Notes: generated by a model not told the origin, from the sequence alone. 64,000 nt of DNA from Stegostoma tigrinum (GCF_030684315.1 NC_081367.1:44241853-44305852), one strand, 5' to 3'; counted from the stretch's first letter, positions 13,144 through 27,249 are shown. Made by a program: numbers and translations.

Positions 13144-15174
13144 TTTTGGACAGCAATAATTAGCATACAATGATGAGCCATTTTGACTCATTGTGTTAAT
13201 ACGAACAGATGAAATTATTTTTTGGCTGTAGTTTAGGAGTTACATTCCACAGAAGGAAGTTGACTGTGAAATCACAGCAATCTCAATGGTTCTTAATGAA
13301 ATTACTTAGTACTTTTTTTAATAGATAAACCATATGCTTCCAAGGCAAATTAACATTCAAATGTTTCTCAGAATTATTTTAACTGGTGAAAAGAAATTGA
13401 GGAATAGATCATGCCCAGTAATCACATTTTGGAGTTATTCACTTGCAACGTAAGTGGGTGGACTTTTATTTATATTTATTTGTTCTGGCAACATAGGTGA
13501 TGCTGGCAAAGTATTTATTGTCTATCCAAAGTTGTCCTTAGAATTTGGAGATGGGCTTTATTGAATTAATGTAGTTCTTCTGGCATTGGTGCTTCTACAG
13601 TTTTGTTACATGGGGAATTCCAGAATTCCGACACAGCCACAACATAGGAATGTAACATATCTCAAGGTCAAGCGTGGTATAAAATGGGTTTTCCCATAAT
13701 GCTGCTGATCTTGTCTATCTTTCTGGTAGTAGTCACGTAGGATGGAGTTTTTGTTGATGTTAACTTGGTGACAACCTATTGTGTATCCCTTCAGGGTTGA
13801 ATATTTGTCCTGAGGCAGGAGAATTAATCAAGCAATACCTTCCTGCTGTTCACATATTGACCAAAGATTTTTTTAACACGTCAGAAGAGAGAAATGGAGA
13901 CTTTGTTTGCTGTTTTGTCAGGAGCATAGCATCTTTAGCAGTAAAGTACTTTCAATCAAATCTGAAGTGGCAGGTTGGAGTCTTCAGCTCAAGCCAAGAA
14001 TGTTTTCACAAGATCCATGTTGACCCCTCTATTACTGAAGTCAATCTTTGAAGTATGGCCAACAGCATCTTGCTGGGAGAACACTTCACATTGACTAGTT
14101 TTGAAGATGCTTAAAATAACCCAACACTCACTTGTGATGATAAGTTTAAATTATTCCAAACACCAACTTGGAGCAGCAGTTATATTTGGTATCAAGTTAG
14201 TTTCCATCTAGAATTTAAATGTAATAAAGATAGTCTTTGTGATTCACAGTATGCTGGGGCCATGCTGACATACTGCCAAGCAACAGAGTTTATGAAATCT
14301 ATTGAAATAAGATAATTACATTGAAATTATTCTTCTGCTGAATCAGAATTTTCAGTTTTTAAAACTTCTAACAAACTTCTTTTGTTTCTTTATGCGATTT
14401 TTGTATATTTGCAGTGTCTGGGAGAGTGGCGTAAAGACATAAGTTGGACTTTTGGGTGGGATGGCTGGGTGGATAATCATCAAAGGTTCTGACAGGATGG
14501 TGTAGGTGTGAGAACCTTGGTGGATAACATCTTGACAAGCATGGCACTTTTATCTACCTACTTATGTGAGATGCCCTGCATCAGTCTCCTGGTGCCAGGA
14601 GAGTATCCCACTGCCACCTACCCTGGGCCTGTGAAAAGAGCTGACAAATAATTTCCAGGTACTGGCTATAGGGTATCAGAGAGGCTTATTAATGAGTCAG
14701 TTATGCCCCTTATCCCTGAGCCCATTGCAATTTTGGTGGTGGTTTAATGATTACATGGGCATTTCACAGCTTTCCTGTGCCCTCAGAAGGCTACCCAGCA
14801 AAACTTCAGGGTTTACCAGCGGCCTCCATGTCCTTCATATTTGGTCTCACTGCCACTGATCAAAGCACCTGGGATTGGGCAGAGACCGCCTCTGACCTCT
14901 TTCCTTCTGTCTTTCCCGTAATGTCCAGCCTATGACCCCATCCTGCCCTCAGCCGTGTGTTCTCTAACATTCCTGAGTGTTGGACGTGTGCATTACCCCA
15001 AGCATACATCTCTCCTGACAGCAATGGTCAGCTGCTGGCCGCTGCTCTGTCAGGGCTCTTGGTTGTTGGGTGACCATTTGCCTCTGGCTTCTCCCATGGA
15101 ACTGTCTGTGAGACTCCCTGCCAGGTGTCTGACTGGAGGACAAAACCCTGACCAAATTCTGGTTCTTTCTCTGC

Positions 15175-15640
15175 TAATGAGAGTTGTGAATGGTATATAC
15201 TTGGATTTTCAGAAGGCTTTTGATTAGGTCCTCCACAGGAAGCTGGATAGCAAACTTAAAACACATGAGTTAAGCTATTATTTACTGGCACGGATTGAGA
15301 ATTGGCTCATAGACTAGAGTAGGACTAAATAGGTCCTTCTTGTGTTGACATCTGGGGCACCACAAAAATATAGTAAATGTGAACAGTTGGGGTCCAGTCT
15401 AATATCAGTGATTTAGGTGTGAGGATCAAATGTAAAATTCCATGGACAACACAAAGTCAGGTGAGTTTGCAACTTTCAGGATGATAGAACATGGCTTCAT
15501 TGTGATTTGGAAAATAACATAGCAGATAGCATATAATGTGGAAAAACATAAAGGATGTCCACTTTTGTAAGAAGAACAAATGTGCAACATGTGTCTTAAA
15601 TAATAAGAGCTTCAAAAAGTGCAGAAATACAACTTAGAAA
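15175..15640 (+). mobile_element. Highly degenerate CR1 RT fragment
   Basis: GIYLDFQKAFD, tggattgagaattggct-like and gacaacacaaag (DDTK-like) remnants. Confidence 0.65.
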
Positions 15641-15722
15641 AACCTGTCAAATATGAATGTGCACACAGTTGTCTTTCATGTAACAGCTGCATCACTCCGG
15701 TCAGTGAGATTCCAATATTTAG

Positions 15723-16080
15723 GGGGAAGTGATGGCCTGGTGGTATAATTGATGGACTGTTAATCCAGAGACATAGAAAATGTTCTGGGGGACCTGGGTT
15801 TGAATCCAGTCACAGCAGATGGTGAAATTTGAATTCAATAAATATCTGGAATTAAGAATCTAATAATGAATATGAATCCATCGTCGATTTTCAGAAAAAC
15901 CTATCTGGTTCATTAATGCCCTTTCGGGAAGGAAACTGCCATCCTTACCTGGTCTGGTCAACAAGTGACTCCAGACCCACAGCAAAGTGATTGACTCTTA
16001 ACTGCCCTCTGGACAATAGGGGATGGGTAATAAATGCTGCCTAGCTAGCGACACCCTCATCCCATGAATGAATAAAGAAA
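15723..16080 (+). mobile_element. tRNA-derived SINE (~350 bp) with a LINE-like 3' end
   Basis: A box tggcctggtggt and B box gggtttgaatcc; second copy at 53848-54200; the end resembles the LINE end at 4320-4395. Confidence 0.8.
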
Positions 16081-17724
16081 TGAATAAAAGAAATTACATT
16101 GTGAAGATAGAACTATACATTTGTAGAATCATCCAAATTAATCCTTCATTTGAAATCTTTGGACAAACTGCAGTCTTGCAGTTGTTATTGATTTCTAAGT
16201 GGGATACAACATTTGAAAGTGTCTCTATCAAAGATGATGAAGATTTGACTTTGTATGACATAAGCTAGCTACTTCCCTTATTTCCTCTTTCCTGGAAAGC
16301 AGATGTGAAAGAGTCAGGACATTGTAGACTGTTGTGGTTTACAATAAGATACATGTTTCTCATTGTACTTGTTTGAACTGAAATCAGAATGGTGTAATTC
16401 ATCACGTTATCCCTGCCTCCTGCAAAACACTCTAATGTACCTATTGACCTGAAGAGTTCAATCAATGAACATCAGCTGAACAGATTGCTGCCACTCTAAT
16501 GTGTCATGTGACTCTGACCTGCCTCTCTACTATGCAAATTCTATAATGAAAAGTGATTGCAATCTAGGCTAGTTCAAGTCCTGCAGAGAAATTCATGCAA
16601 AATAAGCCTTTTATGACGTAAGCTTGCAAAAGGTGACATTAATTTTCAATCAGGATTTTGTCTATATGTGCAAAGTAGCATGTGCCATTCAGTTACATCT
16701 TTTAATTTCCTCAGTTCATTCCTCCCTATTTGTTTATTTGTGCTATTGTCTTGGCAGAGAAGTGAACCGCAAGTTACAGACATCAATACGTTAATGGCAA
16801 GGTTTAACATGTTTTTATTGAAAGGTCATTCCTATAGCAACCAAAGTAGTTGCCAGGGTGAGGGATGTCCATTGGCGCTGTTTCCTTTTAGGGATGGAGA
16901 AGAATAATTGTACTCTGCCACACTTGAGTTCAGGTGATTGTGGCAACTTAAGAGTTGATGTCTGCTGCTACTATGGAAATTGGAGTCTACGCGAAGATTA
17001 ATGCTAAGCAATAGATGTTCAGTCTCCATGACAACACAAGCAAATGCTCCAGGGAAATCAGGCTAATCACAGTCGACTGTTTTTCATGCTTGAGCTCAGT
17101 AGATAAAAGGGTTGCTGCGTTTATAAATTTGCTGAGAATTACAATCACAATTTCTAATTTTATGTGATATTTGGGTGAACAGTGTTATGAGGTCCATGTG
17201 AAGTATTAAGTTCACAACTATTGGTTTGATGAGTTAATACATTGTGTTTACATGTGGTAAATTTCCACTCCTGGTGGTCTTGCAGTTATTGGTATTTTTA
17301 ATATACAGTGATACACATTGTGAAACAATGCATAGTTGTTTTGAAGACTAAATTATAATAAAATACTAGTGCCATGTGCAACTTGAACCTTTTTCACGAT
17401 TCACCTCTACAGAAATGCAGTGTACAGAATGTCAGTTGATCTGCAAATATGTTATGCTGTATTCTGCAACTGCAAGAACAGAAAAGCTTGCTGTTATAAT
17501 TCTGGTCATATCAAGCCAAATACTGTTAGATTTTTAACTTTTATCCATGCTGTTCCAATCATCTACATGGTTTATTGGTTTCATTCTGCAATTGGGGACA
17601 AAGCCTGCCGTGACAAAAGATAGGTAGATTTATTAGCATTGTCTGATTAATATTATAGAGGACAACACATGTCTAGTAGACATTACGACTATTTGTATTC
17701 CTCTAAAAATTGCTACCATTATTC

Positions 17725-18015
17725 TGAAATAAGAACAAATTGCTGGAAATACCTACCAGGTCTGGCAGTATCAGTGGAGAGAAAGCAAAGTTAACGTTTT
17801 GGGGCCCAAAGACCCTTCCTTGAAACTGATTTGTGGTTAGGAAAAGGTTAGTATATAGTGTACATATATGAAGATAGTGGGGAGAGAGTAAACATTAAGT
17901 GGAGATGGAGCAGAGTGAAAACAGTGGTTTGGACAGACAAAGGTAAAGGGCAGCCTGGGAGAATGAATAAATGTTAATGAGGACCATTGGTGGCTGATAA
18001 TGGGTTGTTTGTGGT
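17725..18015 (-). mobile_element. Old family-2-like PLE 3' fragment
   Basis: ttgctggaaatacctaccaggtctggcagtatc...gttaacgttttggggcccaaagacccttcc followed by a purine-rich (reverse 3' UTR) tract. Confidence 0.65.
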
Positions 18016-18410
18016 AGCTAAGTCTGAATTGTTTCATAAACTGTTAGATCACAGCCCAATAACAATCTGTTGGCATGCATCAGGAGTTCTGAATACACTT
18101 ATCTTGTTTGGTCCTAAAATTTGATCTAACCATTCTTTCTTCAGGCTTTTCTGGCATCTCTTTTGGTCATGTTGGTCAATGCTAAGAGTACAAATGAAAG
18201 GATGCTAGAAAAGAAACATTAAAGCCAGATCCATTTTTATACTGTATCTGCCATGAAACAATTTTTGACAGTGTAAAACTCGTTAACCTGCGTATGTTGA
18301 TTCTGACACCTCCTATGTTTGGAGCTTGTGTGCACCAATGAATTTGTTTGCCTGCCATAGTGCTTAACATTTTCGTATTGTGCTGTCTTAGTGCATTGTT
18401 TCATTTGATT

Positions 18411-18445
18411 GAATGAATGAATGAATGAATGAATGAATGAATGAA
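18411..18445. repeat. (GAAT)n microsatellite
   Basis: About 8-9 tandem gaat units. Confidence 0.95.
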
Positions 18446-18879
18446 TTTTGATTGAATGTAGTGGCCTGAAGACAAGTTTGCACGTCTCTACCAATTTTTG
18501 TATTTGAGAAATTAATGAGATAGAAGACCCAATTTGTTTCATTAAATTTTGTTCTATTACTGTGTTTTTCACTTGTTTAATTAACAAGGATTTGCTTTAA
18601 GTTATGTTTTATCACCCTGGCCTCCTTTGTAATTTATGTAGAGATCTGAAACTGACATATCTTGCACGTCAAAAAAGACAATGACTGGCAGAATCATTGC
18701 AAACCACATGGACACTTTATTTCTTTAAACCACACTGGTGTTGGTTGAGTGCAGCAAGTCCAGCTAATTCACAGTGGCTCAGATTCTGTCATGAAAGTAA
18801 TAGCCTGCCTCATTGCTATTAAAGTGACTTCAGGCAACTGCACATGCAAAGTATGGAAACCATAAAGTTGTTAACTTAA

Positions 18880-19675
18880 ACATTAAGAACTGTGGATGCT
18901 GGAAATCTGAAACAAAAGTGGAGAATGCTGAAGAAATTCAGCAGGTCTGGCAACATCTTTTGAAAAAAGCAGTTAACATTTGGAGTTAAGTGACCCTTCA
19001 CCAGAACTGAAGATGGCTGGAAAAGGCTGGTATTTACGCAAATGAAAAGTGGTGGAAGGTGTGCAGTGGATGAATGGAGTGCATGGGAACAGGGCCCAGA
19101 CAGGGGTGGGTGATGGTGGTGGAGACAACAAAAAGACAGAATAAAGGAATAGGCAAAAAAAGTAACAACTGATGATGAGCTGACAGTGCAATAAATGTTG
19201 GATCGGGTGCTAACAAAATGTTGTGAATAGTTTAAAATGGGTTGGCTCAGCAGGGAGCACTGATACACCAATGGACTTAGGGCTGTGGAGGGAGGGTCAC
19301 CAGCACAGAGGAGGGTGGTTATATTCTGCAAATGTTAACCTCAATATTGAGTCTGAAGGCTGTAGTGTACCTAGGCAGAAGATGAGGTGGTGTTCCTCTA
19401 ACTCACAGTGAACTTTGTTGAAACACTGCAGCAAGCCTGAGACAGAAATGTTGGCATTGAAATGCTGTGGTGTGTTGAAGTGGCAGGCAACTGGAAGTTC
19501 AAGGTCATTTTTACAGACTGAGCATCGTCATTCAGCAAAGCAGTCACACAGTCTGCATTTTGTCTCCCCAAGTTACAGGAATCCATGTCGTGAAAGTGAA
19601 TGCAGTAAACTAGATTGGGTGAACTGCAGGTAAATTATTGCTTCACCTGGAAGGTCTGTCTATTGGCCTTGGGTT
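18880..19675 (-). mobile_element. Old family-2-like PLE with a GIY-YIG remnant
   Basis: Tail plus module plus decayed hammerhead (gacccttcaccagaact); then reverse-strand remnants of YxGETKxRL and EEHHLIFCLGTLQP. Confidence 0.75.
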
Positions 19676-22600
19676 GTGCCTTAGTTTCACCTTCACCTGG
19701 TCCATCTGGCTTCTCCCAAAAAAAGTCTGAACGAACTGCACTCCGGGTGCTAATTTGTGGAGATGACACCAGCCTCACCTACTTGCTAACGAACCAACAG
19801 GAACACTGTTTTCCCTGTTGTACGGAAGGCTTGCTGAACTAAATGCCACTACAGCATTTATAAGGCTAGCCGCACGTCTTCACCAGAAGTCATGGTGACT
19901 GAGGACATTTGTGAGACTTCTGAAGCAGATTTATTCCTATATTTCAAACATCAAAGTGTCCTGTATTTTAACATGCGCTCTTAGTGTCATTTGTGATCAC
20001 ATTTTGGCAAACCCATCATCAGTTTCAATAGTCTTGGCAAAATATAAATGCTTAATAACTAAGCTGAAAATTTAAGGAACATGGAGCCCTTTTATGAAGG
20101 AGGAGGAATGGGCGTTGAAGAGTACGCAGTAAATGAAATTGTGCAGATGCCATGTCCCCAAATACTTTTGAGAATATTATTGCAAATTAAATTCTGCAGG
20201 TGAACTAGTGGGATTTTTTTAAAAAATTTCTTTCTCTGATGTAACATGTTTCGATTAAACCAAAACGGCTCAGCATTGGTCCCAGTTGCTACATGCTCAA
20301 TTTATCTTTGCATGGGATCAAATGTATGTTTGATAGGTTTCAAATGAAACGTAAGTAATTTCTGAAAAAGGCACTGTCATATTTTCTTGGTAGTGATGTC
20401 GGACAGTGTAAGTTGAGGTCTATGCTCAGTTGAGTCAACTTGAACAGGATGTATTGAGCACACTTTATACAGCAGAGGATGAGGGGGATGTCACTGAAAC
20501 CCCACTGACTCATGTTCCAAGTCTCTGCAATTGCATACGTACAGATACATCTTGGCTCTAAATTATTTTGTTTGTTAACCAAATGACTAATGAGCCCTAA
20601 TTTCTCCATCATCTCAACTTGATAACCTAAAACTAGACTTTGTCCTTGGGGCTTTTCTGTGCATCACCTGCCAGGGTGGTATTAATGTTTCTGTTGTATC
20701 TTTATGATCAAAATTGGACATAATGCTTTGTCATTCTGATCTGAGCACTGTTCATATTTAGCACCACATTCTCCAATGAGTTATAAAGATTTGGCAATCC
20801 CTTTAGCATTCAGTTCATTTCCCTGTTGCTGCTCTGCAAGGACTTGGCATGTAAAGCTTTGTCTATTGCCCACGGATCTCTTTCAATTAGATTTAAACCA
20901 TCCATAATATGCATGTGACACTCAATTTCACTTGCAGTTTGTGTAACCTTGCACTTGGCTGCATCAAATTCCATCTGCCACTATTCTGCTCTTTTACAGA
21001 TTTAGCAAAAAGACATTGGTGAAAGTTGTAAATTCCAAACTGAGCACAACTTCAGTGGAAAACAGAATCAAGTAGAAACAAAATGTTCTAAAGAATATTT
21101 TTATGCAAAACAAGCTGTGAAAACTTCAAATAAGTTGAAATGCTATGGATCAAAAGAAAATTTCTCATTCATGTATCACCAATAATTATACATATCTTGA
21201 ATCTGGCCATTTTGCAAGGTTTGGTGCAGAGTCTAAAAGTACAAACTGCCATTTTTAGTTAGGTAAACGCTGCACGAGTTATATTAGCAGAAATAGAATA
21301 TTGTGACTTTGCAATGAAATCAATCGTATCAGGTAGTCTTCAAACACTGATTTTCAGATCCATGAAGTAAGTCTTGGAACTTTAACTGAAAAATTAATTG
21401 ATTCTGTAGTTCTGACTTCTTTCCTTTATAGTTACTAGAAGTGCCTGTGCAGGTAATCCCCTTACTGGGAACAACATAATGGATCAAATGTATTCTGAGC
21501 AGCTGACTGTTTAATAGTGTTGCTGGGATAATCTACCAAACAAGGCAATAGAGGAAAGCAAATTCAGTTCATATTTAAGAACGATGAGCTTTGATGGGCT
21601 GAATGGCTTACCATTCCACCACCTACCCTTGATAAGCTTGAAGGTTTCTGAACATCTGATGTTCTACTTACCTGTGATCCCTAACCTACACTGGCCCCCT
21701 GTTCAGCAAAGTCTTGTCCTTTAAAGGCATCATTCTTGTTTTCAAGTTCCGCCATTGTGTCAACCCCTCTCATGCTCTTGCTCTCAGCCCTCAGCCATTA
21801 GTGCACTTCTGTGTGGTCTCTTGATTTCCTGGTTTTAATGTGTGTGTTAAAGGAAGAAAGACTAGTGGGAGAAAGGCTTTGAGAGGAAATGCAAGACTTT
21901 AGGGTCTAAGCACTGCTACCAACATTGTTGGTTACTTAGCTAATGTGACTTCTAAATTATACTGTTGCTGTCAAGTGTCACAAGCTACTCCTTATGTTGA
22001 TGGGGCTGTATAAGTGCAAACTGTTCTTGTTAAATGATGTTCTCACACCTGACATTTATGGGCTGGATTTTCAGGGCCAGGGACACCCCTTGGGTAGGTA
22101 GGAGATATTGACAGCTAAGACCTTATTGTGGGCTTCCTGACCCTATTGCAGGAACTTTCTATTTTCTATTTTAAGGGTGTGGGCTGGTTCAGATTGTGAG
22201 TCTGTACTTTGCACTACCGACATCGTCAGCTCCGTTGTGGAAATAGACATGCCCTGGTCACGTGCAATTTTCATTGAGTCCGGCCACCTCTTAAATGACT
22301 GCTAATTCACAGCACCTCAGAAGCGTTGTGAACCCTAGTCTGCATCATGATCAAAGTAAATTCAAAGAACCTTACCAGAGACCTATTAGCCAAGCTGTTG
22401 GCACCCATGCCAAACTATGCATATCCACCCATTCCCCATGTCCTTTCCTCTATGCCAGGCAATGACATTTCCTTGTACATTCACCCACTGTATAGAACCA
22501 CTGAACCCTATGGTGACCATGTGTTCAAAAACAAAACTGCAAAATTACCAGCCATTAACTTGTAACTTTTCGCCTGCTTTTTCCTTTTTTTAAAAAAAAA

Positions 22601-24557
22601 CTGATTTTAGTACATGTCAATCATCCAGGTCATTTTAAAGTATTAATAACAAAAACTGCAGCAATAGAAGCCTTTTGTAAATAAATGCTGTTCAACAGAC
22701 AGAATAGATCAAAGAACCAGAACTGTAATTGATGATTTATTTGGGGCTTAGCTATTTTAACACTCTAGTGGATGTCTGGTCTCTCAGTCAAGAAGGCACA
22801 ACAAGATTTTACTGAGAACTTTTGTATTCATTTGAATGTTGATACAACTGAGCCTCCGAGTAGCTTGTTTGATTGGCAGTTCTGGTTGTGATCTATTCTA
22901 TCAATTGTACGTTGTTTATTTACACAAGATCTAGTGGTGCCAGTTGCTTGTGGTTTCCCATTGACACTTTAAAGATTTTGGGTAAATGACCCAATTTAAT
23001 TAGTCTGTCGTAAAAGTCACTTTTATAAAGAGATTTTCAAGTTACAAGTAAATGACTTTTTTTAAAGAAACATTGTTAACATATTCTATCTTTGCCAGAA
23101 GGCTCATTTGTGTTTATGGGGGATGAATTGGTGTAGAAGTGTCACAGCTTGGCATGGAGGGTATGAAGATCCATGAAGGAGGGCTACGTGAGGGCATAGC
23201 ATGGCATGCAGGATGTGAGAGAATGTAGAGGTGGGCAGAAGGGCATGAGTTAGCATTGGTGAGTACGTGGGGATGAGTGAACGTGTGAGGTAAGGACGAG
23301 AGAGTTTCACTGTTTTTATTGTAATAGGGAAAAGGCACCACAACACTGAACTGAGCCTGTCCTGGCACCTGCCTGTGGCCCCTGTGGCTGCCTCCTTTCT
23401 CATGTCAACTAACCCACAGGTGACAGCTCCCACCTCTGTTGGGAATTAAATTTCTGTTCCTGTGGGCTCCGCCTCCAGAGTTCGATGTGCCAAATCAGGA
23501 AGTGTCCTGACTCCTGTTCTCCAACTTGAGCGTGAAAACATGGCCCATTCTTTACATTTACATGTTCGAAACAAAGTTCTGCATTTTCACTTCTTAAATG
23601 ATTACATAGTTTGGATTCAGGATTTCAATAACTCTGAGGTGCCAAGATGAGAACATGGACAGAAATGCTGCTGCCTGTTGGATGTGATATAAATTATAAA
23701 ATTTACTTCTGATCATTAAACCTCCAGCTAAATGGAAATGTGCTGCGTAGTTTCACAGTCATTTTGAAAGCATGTATATTTCCACCGTTAGTATTTATTT
23801 AATCTACTGAATAGCTATTATAATTATACATTCTTCATAAAGGATTCTATTAAATCCCACAAATAATATCCTTTTGTTTTAGTTTTTGTTACTTAAAAAT
23901 ATTCACACATTATGATTTTTGCATCTATAATTTATATCTTTCTTTGCTTATGTTGCATACTGGAAATATCCTTCCTCAGCTGTTGTTGTTTTTGAAAGCC
24001 TTCATTATTCAGGTGATTTTATTCTGATGTTTAACATGCCTGTCTCCCTCATATTTAATTCCTGAAACCAATTTCTTTTACCTGAAACTAGCTTCTCACC
24101 CACCTAACCCTCCAGTGGGATTCTCTGCTCCTGTTTGTTCCTATTGATGTTATAAAAATGTCTTGAGGTGGAAGTTATTTGATGTGTTTGTGAGAAGGAT
24201 ACAAGGGCTTCAAACCTATCAGAGCAATTGCTTTTGGCAGTTTGCATGAACAAAAATAAGTGATTTCATTTGGCTGACGATATGGCAGTCAGAGATGGGA
24301 TTTTTTTTCCACTAATAATTGCATAAAATTACGTGGTCTACTATCAGTTGGCCTTGAGGCAAACCATATCACACATTCATTGTCAGAAGAGAAGCATGAC
24401 AGATAGGAAAGGTCCGATGCAACAGCAAAGCGCAAGAAAGAAGGCGAAATATAGTTTCATCAAAACACAAATGCACAACAGATGTCCGGATATCCAAGAG
24501 TGTAATTTCTGACCTTTTAAGGCAGCTGATTCTTTTTTTAAAAAAGTAGTTTTAATC

Positions 24558-24709
24558 TCTAAATAAAAACCAAAAGAACTGTGAATGCTGTAAAGATCAG
24601 AAACGAAAATAGTAGTTGCTGGAAAACTTAGCAGTTCTGACAGCATCTGTCCCTTCACAGATGCTGCTAGACCTGCTGAGTTTTCTTGGCAACTTCTGTT
24701 TTTGTTTCT
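24558..24709 (-). mobile_element. Two-armed inverted family-2 PLE mini-insertion, ~40-nt tail on the left
   Basis: cagaaacgaaaatagtagttgctggaaaacttagcag...cagcatctgt is mirrored by acagatgctg...ctgtttttgtttctg; 12-bp TSD gtagttttaatc/gtatttttaatc at 24546-24557 and 24710-24721. Confidence 0.8.
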
Positions 24710-24711
24710 GT

Positions 24712-24820
24712 ATTTTTAATCAACCTGTTCAGACATGTTACAAGATAGCTGCAGGGGTATTGGGCCTTGAATCCAGACCTTCCTCCCAGAGGCAGGGTCA
24801 CTACCATGGCACCACAGCAC
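24712..24820 (-). mobile_element. Short tRNA-derived SINE
   Basis: Reverse complement gtggtgccatggtagtgaccctgcctctgggaggaaggtctggattcaag...gaacaggttgattaaaaat resembles the 57687 copy. Confidence 0.6.
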
Positions 24821-25869
24821 ATTAGCCAGCTGATTCTATTTGGGTATTTTCATTGTTGAATCAGGCCTGTTGGAACCTGCAGATAATGGGTGATTGCTTC
24901 ATTTAAGCAAATATTCCCACTTGTTGATTGCTGTTACAAGGCAAGTAAAACTCTTTTTTAACTCTTTGAATGGAATTCAGTGGTTAGCCACTAAAACTTA
25001 CTTGGCAAATTTATAAAGATAGTCTGGTGCACTAATTTATGTGTAGCATCGGTGTTTAAAAAATTGCAAAACTACAGAATGTTAACATTGCTGCTTGCAA
25101 TGTGGTGATATCACATTGCTTATCATTCCAGGCCAAAATGGTATTAGTTTTTTACGGAGCTTCCATAGTTTTCTTAACTAAAGTACTGCATCTCTAACCT
25201 ATTAAAATGAATCACATGGATGATTCATTTGTTTCTAGATTTACTTTTCACTTAAGATCAATCTTATCTGTGCAATCCAATCGAGTTTAGGTTCTGCACG
25301 GTTAAGCACTGCCAGCAAGTGGCACTGTAGAGCACTTGAATTTTCTTTCTAACAGCATGGGCTGTGAAAGAAGTTTTATATTAACAGAAATTATTGACTG
25401 CAGTGCATTAGGGAATTATTCAGAATGCAGTGCAGTTGTTGACAAAGCATTGTTGAGTTGTGTATAATGGGACTTTGAAACACAATACTATTGTGTAAAT
25501 TAATACCAGAAAATAGATGTGGTTTGACAGTAGCCATCTCCTGAAAGCTTCTATGTCATCTGTCGACAAATGCAAAAACCATTGCTTGGATTTTACAAAT
25601 GCCTGATAACAACTTCTACAGCATAAATGGGAGCATGGGGACAGTGCAGAATGCCTGATGTAGCAGACTCTTGGAAACTGCTCAGGAAATTGAAGATTCT
25701 AATGGGTAATTCTTTACACCTGGAACTCTTCCCCCCGCCCCCTTGAAACGCGCTCAAAATGTATACTTTTTAAATTAGAGTTTGGTAGGTTACAGTGAAG
25801 TTAAATAATTAACGACTCAGGATATGTTAGACTATCAAATACCTGGTGTAACTCCTGAGTAACCAACAA

Positions 25870-26285
25870 ACTGACCTCTCCCACCACTAAGAGACACAGA
25901 GACACTCTCTCTAGACTGAGCCCTCCCTAGACTGCACCCCACCTTCCTTGCCCTAATTGGACCCCCTCCCACCCTGCCTCCAGAAGCTGAAGACGCCTTC
26001 CTCTCTTCCCAAGACCTGACACCTCCCCACTCTCCCACTGCAGGATACAATTTCTCCTGCTGCTAGACCGGGTGAACCCCACCTAAAATCTGAAGCATCT
26101 TGTTGCAACATCCCTTCGCAGCCTCCTGACACCCCCCCAACTGGATCTGCTACCTCCCAGGACTGAAGAAGGGTAATATCAGAAACATTGACTGCTGCCT
26201 TCCTCCAGATGCCTGGTCTGCTGTGCTCTTCCAGCCTCCTGTTTGTCCACCTGGATTTCAGCATCTGCAGTTTTTTTGTCTCTAA
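25870..26285 (+). mobile_element. 3' fragment of a third PLE-like family
   Basis: C-rich tract, decayed hammerhead ctgaagaagggtaatatcagaaacatt, module cagatgc...gctgtgctcttccagc and tail gatttcagcatctgcagttt. Confidence 0.6.
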
Positions 26286-27249
26286 CTGTGGAAGTCCATG
26301 TGGTTGCCTGGCAATAACAGCTCTCTGCTTGCTTCTTTGGGCCTTCTTGCATCTCCATCCTCACCACACATCTCTCCATCCTCCATACACCATTCTCCTT
26401 GACCCTTCATCCAGACATTGGCAATCTGGCAGCATCACCATATTTGTTGTTGGCCCAATATTCTCATCATTTCAGTCCTTCTGGACTTCACTTTGAAACT
26501 TCGGGCACCTGTGGCATGCATGCTTCTGCCAGGTTGCTTTGCATTTAAGGACATCTGTGGCTCATGCATCAACACAAGAAATATCTTACAGCTCTTAACT
26601 TTATTTCTTATCATTCGCACACTCTCCGCTTACTTAAAGGTTGCCACCCCTGTGGCTAGCCTTGCTTTTTGGCAAAGGGAAAAGGCAAGCAGTCTGAAAT
26701 GGCCGGAGCACTGAACGGTCACAGATGCATGCTATAGTGTACAACACTGTGCCACATCAGTTTGACCAGAACAGCATGTGCCAACAACAGAATGCGTGTG
26801 CACTGGTCATGTTTGTAAGTAAAAGGGGAGCAGTCCTTAGTGGGGTCATGGAGTGCCAAGATATTTGACCGTGGTCAGTCTGGAGCTTGGGCTTACCCGG
26901 AGTTTGGCGATCTTGCTAGTGTCGGTCCTACAGGTCAAATACAGCTACTCTGGAGATTACAGGTACGTCTGTTAGGCTGCTGCAAAGACATCAGTCCAGG
27001 AGCTGGGATAATATTTCCTGCACTGAGACAAAGGGAGTGATTGAGTGTGATCAAAGTGGCAGAGTCATTAGTGGTGATATAAGAGGAGTAGAGCGAGTGA
27101 GCTGTCCTGAGTAGGTGAGCAGGAACTGCAGGAACAGGAAGACTATTGACTTGGAAGGATGTTGACAGGGGGTAGGGGCTGAGAGAGGGCCATTAAGTGA
27201 ACATGATAGATGCAAAAGTGAGTATTATAATCCATGAGCCTTGGTGAGA

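Noticed and set aside
20081-20203. aacATGG-started short ORF (MEPFYEGGGMGVEEYA...) with possible donor sites, as an alternative CLCN2 first exon
   Set aside because: No similarity to ClC-2; the donors are weak and neither is in phase 1 to join the 49170 exon.
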